Source: the human T2T-CHM13v2.0 reference genome, Homo sapiens. From it: DNA of 64,000 nt. Under the pieces are notes generated by a model. It saw only the letters and a list, made by a program, of their open reading frames with translations, was not told the DNA's origin and ran no database searches. Position 1 is the stretch's first letter. The number at the start of each line of letters is the position of its first letter. The DNA lies in the NCBI RefSeq assembly GCF_009914755.1, contig NC_060937.1; one strand, given 5' to 3'. Below, in pieces: positions 55,731-64,000 of this stretch. The translations under genes were made by a program, and so were the position numbers.

Positions 55731-57301
55731 TAGAGTGGCCATAGGTGCCCATTTGGTCCAGTCTGGTTTCTGCTTGTTTCCCCAGCATGATGATGAATAA
55801 AATCCTCTTTCAGTATTAAAATGTCCCAGTTGGCACCTTAAGTTCTACTTTCGCAGAATCAGAAAACTGTGGCATAAAATTTCTTGTATAGTTTCACTTC
55901 ACATTAATATATTAAAGAATATTAATGCATAGTATTTAAGCAATAATAAATCATATTTGTATATAGTCTTTTAGATTACAAATGACTTTTATATCAAATA
56001 AGTCATTTGATATGTATGTGTAATTTTTTTATTTAGTAATCTATAAAACATCAAGCCTTTTTAATCAAATATTACAACTACATTGTTAAATTCTACAGAA
56101 TGTGTTTACAAAATATTGATAAACCTGTCAATAAGTTCCTTAATTATTTTCACTTAGGTATTCTGAAGTCCAGTAGTGCACAAAGAGAAATGTCATAGAA
56201 TACAGGGACAGAATGATACATTCAGGGAGCATTCCTAGCAAAGCTAACACTTGGAACTTTCAGAATCTTCCTTCATATATACATAAAACTACTAAATTAT
56301 ACTTAATTTCCAGATTTTCCCTTAAACAAGCTATTAAAAATTTTTTTGCATATATCTGTTGAGAGCTGTTAGATTAATATGTCTCAAAAACAATACAAAC
56401 TCCAGTTCAGCCAATGACACATTGAAAGTTTTATTTGCTTTTTAGACACAGGTAATATTTTACCATAATGGTCTTTAAATTGTAAAAAAAAAAAAACTTA
56501 CAAAAATGAATTTTTGGAAGGACCAAACATACAGCAATTAATTCAAATCTCTCCAAGAGCTCTTTCATTTAATATTAATATTTGGATCTTTATCTTATTT
56601 TATAGAAGCAGAAAAAAAACAAAAATGTAATTGAATTTTCTACGGTGAAAAATTGATGTAGCTATGTTTGTAGGAGTAACGTTGAGAACTGTCTATTCAG
56701 TCAATTATTTTAAGCACCAAAATAACCAAGTCACACATGCCATATCTTTACATCTGTTTCTGTTAGTTTTTGTTGTTGTTGTCCTCATGTATCTCAATAG
56801 ATTCCATTTTATTTCATCTCTATGGTTTTCTAAGATTGCTTTAGTTATAATGGGCGATAATTGTTGCCTTTGTTAGTTTCATTTTATTACATTCCTGTTT
56901 CCATTTTCAGAAATAAAATCCTATTTCCTACAGGCACATTTTCTCTGCATGAAGTTACTTTGATGTTTGTCAAAATAAGTAAGTCTGGCATAAATCCAGT
57001 AGAGTTCAGAAATTGGTTGTCTGCTGGTATATTCTCATCTATTTTTTTTCACAGTCAGAGTTAAATCTGTCTCTACTGTATTAATCTAAGCTACCCTTGG
57101 ATGGTACTGATTTTCTTTTTTAAAATGTTTATGGGATCTGTCTTACCAATAGAAAATATACTCTCTCATTTCCATTTTTTCTCACCAAATAAAGTTCTAT
57201 TACTAATAATTTATTTTTCATAATCAGAATAACAATTTCTTGTTGAATAAAATTTGGAAAGTGCAGAAAAACATATAGAAACATGAAAAAAATGACTCAT
57301 T

Positions 57302-57790
57302 TGCTTCAAAGAAAAACTGCACCAGAGAAGTTATACAGGAAAGAAAGACTTTACTAAAAACTATTGCACCAAGGGAGAATGATTGAGCTCAATTCTACTG
57401 AACAAAAAGTAGGAGAGTTTCTAAGTGCTGGGGTGAGCTAGGGGGAAAGTACGTAGCACTTTAGGAGGGACTTTCATCAAGGTGATTAAGCCATGGGCAT
57501 TTGCTAATTGTCCTTTATAGGCTCCTGTGCTCCACAAAAACTGGGAAATATGTGGGCTATGTTCTTCCCTGTTTAGATTTCAAAGGGATGACTCCCAGGT
57601 CATAAAGACATTCCTGGGTTGTAAAACTGGCCAGAGGCTGGGAGAAGATATACATCTCAAAGGGGCAGAGAAAAAAATTGCAGTTCAGTTTTCTAAAGAC
57701 ATTGCTCCAAGAAAAGGGAGTTCAGAGGACTAGAGATAGTCCAAAGTTGAGCTGAGAGAAGAAGGTTAAGGCCTTCTGGGTCACTACCCC
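57302..57790 (-). mobile_element. ERV1 LTR (MER31/MER67-like)
   Basis: aaagaaaaactgcacc...aactattgca...aaaggggcagagaaaaaaattgcagttcagttttctaaag resembles these LTRs in reverse. Confidence 0.5.
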
Positions 57791-57863
57791 ACCTTTGTGA
57801 TGAAACTGCTATTAACTTGGAATTTTTCCTTTTGCCCTTTATGTTTCCTGTTTTATTCAGTCT

Positions 57864-57867
<4 letters not shown>

Positions 57868-57901
<34 letters not shown>

Positions 57902-57934
57902 TATATATATGTGAATATATATATATATTCACAT
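57868..57934. repeat. Compound microsatellite (CT)n-(CA)-(AT)n with embedded palindromes
   Basis: (CT)~14 followed by CACATATATATATGTGAATATATATATATATTCACAT. Confidence 0.9.
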
Positions 57935-58343
57935 CCTATTTTAAAACATAATCTGATAAATGTTTTTCCAATCAATGAACATTTAATGTGTATTAAGAAA
58001 ATACCAGTGATTAAAATTATTTCTTTTTTTTAACAAATAGCATTTTACTATGTGTGTCCTTAAATTCTACAAATGCATAGTAAATGAAAATTTAAATATA
58101 TTGAAGTTAAATTTTCTGAATGCTATTATTAATCACAGTGATTATAGATAAAAATGTTTTATTGTTAAAGAAAGAGAGAAACCTAAACAATTGTTCTATG
58201 GAAATGTAAAATATTGTATGCCATCAGCCTAGCTGTACAATTTGCACTTTTCTTGTAGAAAATAACGCATAACTAATTAATATACTGCCTTTCAAAACAA
58301 GTATATTACTTAGAATTTTTTTTTTCTTATATGAATAAGAGAG

Positions 58344-60621
58344 TAATATGGTTTAGATGTGTCCCCACCCAAATCTCATCTTGAATTATAGTTCCCATAA
58401 TCCCCGCATTCCCTGGGAGGGACCTGGTGGGAGGTAATTGAATCATGAGGACAGTTTCCCCCATGCTGTTCCCTTGATAGTGAACGAGTTCTCACAAGAT
58501 CTGATGGTTTTATAAGCATCTGGCATTTCCCCCTGCTGGCACTCATTCTCTCTCCTGTCACCTTGTGAAGAGATTCCTCCTGCAATTATTGTAATTTTCC
58601 TGAGGCCTCTTCAGCCATGTGGAACTGCAAATCAATTAAACCTCTTTCCTTTATAAATTACCCAGTCTCAGGTACGTCCTTATAGCAGCATGAGAACAGA
58701 CTAATACAGTAAATATGTACTGGGAGTGGGGTGCTGCTGTAAAGATTCCCAAAAGTGTGTAAGCAACTTTGTAACCGGGTAACAGGCAGAGGCTGGAACA
58801 GTTTGAAGGGCTGAGAAGAAGACAGGAAGATGAGGGAAAGTTTGGAACTTCTGAGAGACTTGTTGAATAGCTTTGACCAAAATGCAGATAGTGATATGGA
58901 CAATGAAGTCCAGGCTGAGGTGGTCTCAGATGGAGATGAGGAACTTGTTGGGAACTGGAACAAAGGTGACACTTGCTATGCTTTAGCAAAGAAACTGGCA
59001 GCATTTTGCCACGCCCTAAAGAACTGTGAAACTTTGAACTTGAGAGAGATGATTTAGGGTATCTGGCAGAATAAATTTCTAAGCAGCAAAGCGTTCAAAA
59101 GGAAACAGAGCATAAAAGTTTGGAAAATTTGCAGCCTGATGATGCAGTAGAAAAGAAAAATCTATTTCTTGGGGAAAAATTCAAGCCTCCTGCAGAAATT
59201 TGCATAAGTAACAAGGAGCCAAGTGCTAGTCACCAAGACAATGGGGAAAATGTCTCCAGGGCATGTCAGAGACCTTCACATCAGCCCCTCTTATCACAGG
59301 CCAGGAAGTCTGGGAGGCAAAAATGGTTTTGTGTTTTGTGAGCTGAGCCCAGGACCTCACTGCTGTGTGCTGCTGAGGGACTTGGTGTCCTGCACCCCAG
59401 CAACTTCAGCCTCAGCTGCAGCTCAAAGGGGCCAAAGTATAGCTTGGGCCTTGCTTCGGAGGGTGCAAGCCCCAAGCCTTGGTGGAATACATGTGGTGTT
59501 GGGCCTGTGGGTGCTCAGAAGTCAAGAATTGGGATTTGGGAAACTTAGCCTAGACTTCAGAGGATGTATGGAAACATCTGAATTTCCAGGCAGAAGTTTG
59601 CTGCAGGAGCAGAGCCCTCATTGGAGAAGCCCTGCTAGGGCAGTGTGGAAGGGAAATGTGGGGTTGGAGCCTCCACACAGAGTCCCCACTTGGGCACTGC
59701 TTAATGGAGCTATGAGAAGTGGGCCATGTTCCTCCAGACCCCAGAATGGTAGAACCACTGAAAGCTTGCACCATGCACCTGGAAAAGCTGCAGACCCTCA
59801 ATGCCAGCCCATGAAAGCAGCCGGGTGCAGGGCCATACCCAGCAAAACCACAGGGACAGAGCTACCCAAGGCCATGGGAGCCCACCTCTTGCATCAGTGT
59901 AACCTGGATGTGAGACGTGGAGTCAAAAGAGAATCGTTATGGAACGTTAAGGTTTAATGACTGCCCTGTTGTATTTTGGACTTGCATGGGGCCTGTACCC
60001 CTTTCTTTTGGCAAATTTCTCCCATTTGGAATGGGGTTATTTACCCAATGCCTGTACCCCTAGTGTATCTAGGAAGTAACTAACTTGCTTTCAAATTTAC
60101 AGGCTCATAGATGGTGGGGACTTACCTTGACTCAGATGAGACTTTGGACTTGGACTTTTGCGTTAATGCTGGAATGAGTTAAGACTTTGGGGGACTGTTG
60201 AAAAGGCATGATGTTTGAAATGTGAGAACATGAGATTTGGGAGGGGCCGGGGTGAAATGATATGGTTTACCTGTGTCACCACCCAAACATCATCTTGAAT
60301 TGTAGTTCCCATAATCCCCACGTGTGGTGGGAGGGATCCAGTGGGAGGTAATTGAATGATCAGGGTGGTTTCCCCCATGCTGTTCTCATGATAGTGAGTG
60401 GAGTGCTCATGAGATCTGCTGGTTTTATAAGCATCTGGCTTTTCCCCTGTTGGCACTTGTTCTTCCTCCTGCCACCCTGTGAAGAGGTGCCTTCTGCCAT
60501 GATTGTAAGTTTCCTGAGGCCTCCCCAGCCATGTGGAACTGTGAGTGAATTAAACCTCTTTCCTTTATAAATACTCAGTCTCAAGTGTGTCCTTATAGCA
60601 GCATGCAAATGGACTAATACA
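58344..60621 (+). mobile_element. Full-length THE1D MaLR retrotransposon (5' LTR 58344-58708, internal, 3' LTR 60258-60621)
   Basis: Two direct LTRs; internal region homologous to 5238-6810; perfect 5-bp TSD GAGAG at 58339-58343 and 60622-60626. Confidence 0.9.
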
Positions 60622-61294
60622 GAGAGTCTTTGTGACTATTTATTTGCGATTATTGTTAGTGGTATATCTTATATAAGCTATGATATAATTGAGTGAGTTA
60701 GTGACTTATTTTTGAGATGCAGGTGAAAAGTTCTATGAGAGATGATTTATTAAGAATACAAAACTGTAGGGCTTGATACATACTTAGATATTACCTAGTT
60801 TAACTCTTGCATTTTGCAAAGGTGAAACTGTGACCCAGAGATTTCAAAGGGCTTAAAGGTTCAGGTGGTAGCCAACTTGAACCAACTTGAGGTAAAATCT
60901 GATTTAAATCTGATTTAAAATGATGTCTCCATAGTCTTAAGCCAATCTTTTTTCCAACTATAGCTCTCATGGAGTCTGCCAGTGATACTGCACTTAGATT
61001 TGAGATATGAAAGGAATATTTCAACTATTTTACTAAACTCAGTACTTCTTCTAAAGAAAAGTATTTATTCTAAAGAAATCTTTCTACTTGGTGATTTTTT
61101 TTGTACTTCATAAACTATCTTCTTTGTTCGTAGCTTGACCAATCTACTCTTTTATTAATCACCCTAGACTCAAAAAATTTGGTATATGCAAACCCTGTCT
61201 TTAGTTTATAAAACTCTCTGATAAAGAAGAAAAAAATATGATTGATAGATGAAGAAAAATACAGAAAATATTTTTATATGAGAGTAGATGTAGA

Positions 61295-61545
61295 CAGTGT
61301 GGCACATGGGTAAGCACACAGCTTCTGGAGCTTAGAACTGACAGATTCAAACCTCAGCTCCAGTAGCACCTGCTGTGTGTCCAGAGCAAGTTCTTCTCCT
61401 CTGTGCCCTCAGTTTACTCATTCATAAAACAAACAGACATTATAAAATAATGAACACTTTATAATGTTGTTGTGAAAATGAAAAAAAAATTTAATACATG
61501 CAGCGTGTTTAGAACAGAAGACTATCACATGTTAAATGTCATATA
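61295..61545 (+). mobile_element. MIR SINE
   Basis: cagtgtggcacatgggtaagcacacagcttctggag...attcaaacctcagctcc...ctcagtttactcattcataaaa. Confidence 0.7.
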
Positions 61546-61599
61546 ATTAATATAACATTTTGCAGATAGTTCACTCAAATTATAAAAAAAATAGGGAAA

Positions 61600-61907
<308 letters not shown>

Positions 61908-61940
<33 letters not shown>

Positions 61941-62025
61941 TATACATATACACGCACACTATATATATACACTATATATATATACACACACACACAAATG
62001 CACACACACACACACACACACACAC
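61908..62025 (+). repeat. (TA)n/(CA)n compound microsatellite at the Alu tail
   Basis: Alternating TA and CA runs. Confidence 0.92.
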
Positions 62026-62199
62026 CATAACAACTATTTTAAAATACGTGAAGGGGTTTTATTTCAAAGAAGCGTAGAACATATTCTTGGGAACTCTATG
62101 AATGATGAATGAAGTTACAGCAGACAGGCATTGTCCCAGTGGTGCTTGTGGAAGGAAGAAGGTCTCTTTGGAAGTAATATTTTATCATTTGATGGTATT

Positions 62200-62591
62200 T
62201 GTCTTAGTTCATTTTTTGTTACCTATAACAGGATACCTAAAACTGGATAATTTATAAGAAATGAAAGGTATTTCTTATGGTTCTGGAGGCTGAGAAGTCC
62301 AAGGTTGAGGGATGACATCTCATGAGTGCCTCCTTGCTGAGGGGACTCTGCAGAGTCCTGAGGTGGCACAGCATATCTCATGATGAGGGGCTCAGAGTGC
62401 TAGCTCATGCCTCTCTTCCTCTTCTTATAAAGCCATCAGTCCCACTCCCATTAATCCATTAACCCAATAATCTATTAATCCATGAATGGATTAACTTATT
62501 CATGGGGGCAAAGGCCTCATTACCTAATCGCCTCCTAAAAGTTCCACCTCTCAATACTGCCACACTGGGGACAAATATTCAAATCACAGCA
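62200..62591 (-). mobile_element. MSTD/MLT1A-type MaLR solo LTR
   Basis: tgtcttagttcatttt...ggttctggaggctgagaagtccaagg...aaatcacagca. Confidence 0.8.
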
Positions 62592-62681
62592 GTATCAAGC
62601 AGATCTGGCTATGAAATTTTTATGAGCATTATAAGCCTTTTCTTTTCATAGTAATTTTTTTTTCAATTAATAACTATACTA

Positions 62682-63161
62682 TTGAGAAGAACAGTCTACC
62701 TTGGTCCATGAGCATCCTTCACATTCTTGCTCAGTTTGTCAGACTGCAAGGCATATGTAGATAGCTACATAGACAACTGAGTAAATTTAAAGAATCATAT
62801 CATTCACTCCCAAAAAGAGGGGACTGACTTATTTGCTCCTTGATACAATGTTTGTTGCTTGCTCAAAAGATACTTGATATCTAGCTGGCTTTCTCTCCTG
62901 TAACAGCACTTTCTCTAGTGTTGGCATCCATTAAGATCCAACTGTTTTGTGTTCTTCCTACTTCCTCCTCCTCACTACATGGAACAGAAGATAAAGGAGA
63001 ACTGATATAAACATAAAGCTCTGTGTCTTCCATGAGTAATAAAGTCTTTTATCTCTCCTCCAGGGAACTCTTGTCTTCTGCAACTAACCATGGAATAGTA
63101 ACAAGCTAACTTATTAGATTGTAAATAGGGTGAAATCTCAGAAGCATGACAGTTCTAGACA
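62682..63161 (+). mobile_element. MER76-like ERVL solo LTR
   Basis: Start gagaagaacagtct; AATAAAGTC poly(A) signal; end aaatagggtgaaatctcaga...cagttctagaca. Confidence 0.55.
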
Positions 63162-63784
63162 CATAAAAACAGCAGCTGATTTATTCCCTGCTTATGGCCA
63201 TAGTCATGATGCTAATCTCTTTATGTGCATTATGTTATTAATCCTTCACTATAGTCCTTTTGCAATTTGGTTTTGCAGAATGGCTACATAACTCACCCAA
63301 ACTGGTAGAACCAGACATCAAACATGGTAGTTTTACTGACTTGAAAATGCATGCCCATACATCTGTACTGTACCATGCTATCTCATGTTAATATATGATC
63401 CTCTGTCCCCTCACCTACTTGCAAGTATTTTCATTGGCTAAAACACTATAAAACATCATTATCCAGAGTTCAAACTAAGGAAAACTCACCTTGCATTTCT
63501 GTAAATTTATTTCTTAATATTCCCGACTTTCCATCAGGCCTGACCTATTTGGTAGTCTCTTTTTTTATTCATGCTTTCCTAGGTTCTATGGTTCAGTTGG
63601 AAGGCAGGGCATAGAGATGGGCTGCAAAGTGGTGAGACTGTGGTGGTTACTGAAAGCAACCCTTCAATTTACTCTCTTCTTGCTATGTCAAGGTTAATAT
63701 ACAAAATCATTTGTGTATTTATATACTAAAATTCAATAAATGGAAATTGGAATTTTATTCTTATTTATTCATTTGTTTCATTAT

Positions 63785-64000
63785 TTTTTGAGACCAGGTA
63801 TCACTCTGTCACTCAGGCTGGAGCATACTGATGCAATCACAGTTCACTGCAGCCTCGACCTCATAGGCCCAAGTGATCCTCCCACCTCAGCCTCCTGAGT
63901 AGCTGGGACTACAGGCATGCACCACCACAGCTGGCTAACTTTTTACTTTTTGTAGAGAAGGGGCTCACTATGTTGCCCAGGCTGGTCTCAGTCTCCTAGA
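63785..64000 (-). mobile_element. AluJ-type, antisense, cut by the window edge
   Basis: gagaccaggtatcactctgtc...cactgcagcctcgacctc...aagtgatcctcccacctcagcc. Confidence 0.9.

Noticed and set aside
59223-59957. Longest ORF in the window (244 aa) and the ORF cluster at 5265-6439
   Set aside because: These lie in THE1 internal regions. The frames are not jointly preserved between the two THE1 copies; decayed MaLR sequence.

Overview
Primate (almost certainly human, given an AluYb8) genomic DNA from inside the MYO16 (myosin XVI / NYAP3) gene, transcribed on the + strand. Five short internal GT-AG coding exons (8856-8964, 16737-16861, 29897-30022, 43560-43635, 46344-46497) splice in one frame and encode the C-terminal ankyrin repeats and the linker before the motor domain. 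None appears in the supplied ORF track. The rest is intron dominated by transposable elements: about a dozen Alus, L1 fragments of several ages, two full-length THE1 proviruses (one nested in an LTR18B-like solo LTR), other LTRs, MIR, L2 and MER elements. The supplied ORFs are repeat-derived or chance. I found no new protein-coding system. The most unusual signal is structural. Several intronic sites combine short local duplications with near-perfect fold-back hairpins, as expected from template-switch repair scars. One duplication brackets a coding exon, and one ~270-bp palindrome has an Alu inserted at its apex. There is also a pre-miRNA-sized hairpin at 1022-1079 and a Src-SH2-type YEEI motif in the encoded linker. 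Repeat subfamily names come from recalled consensus sequences and need RepeatMasker/Dfam confirmation.
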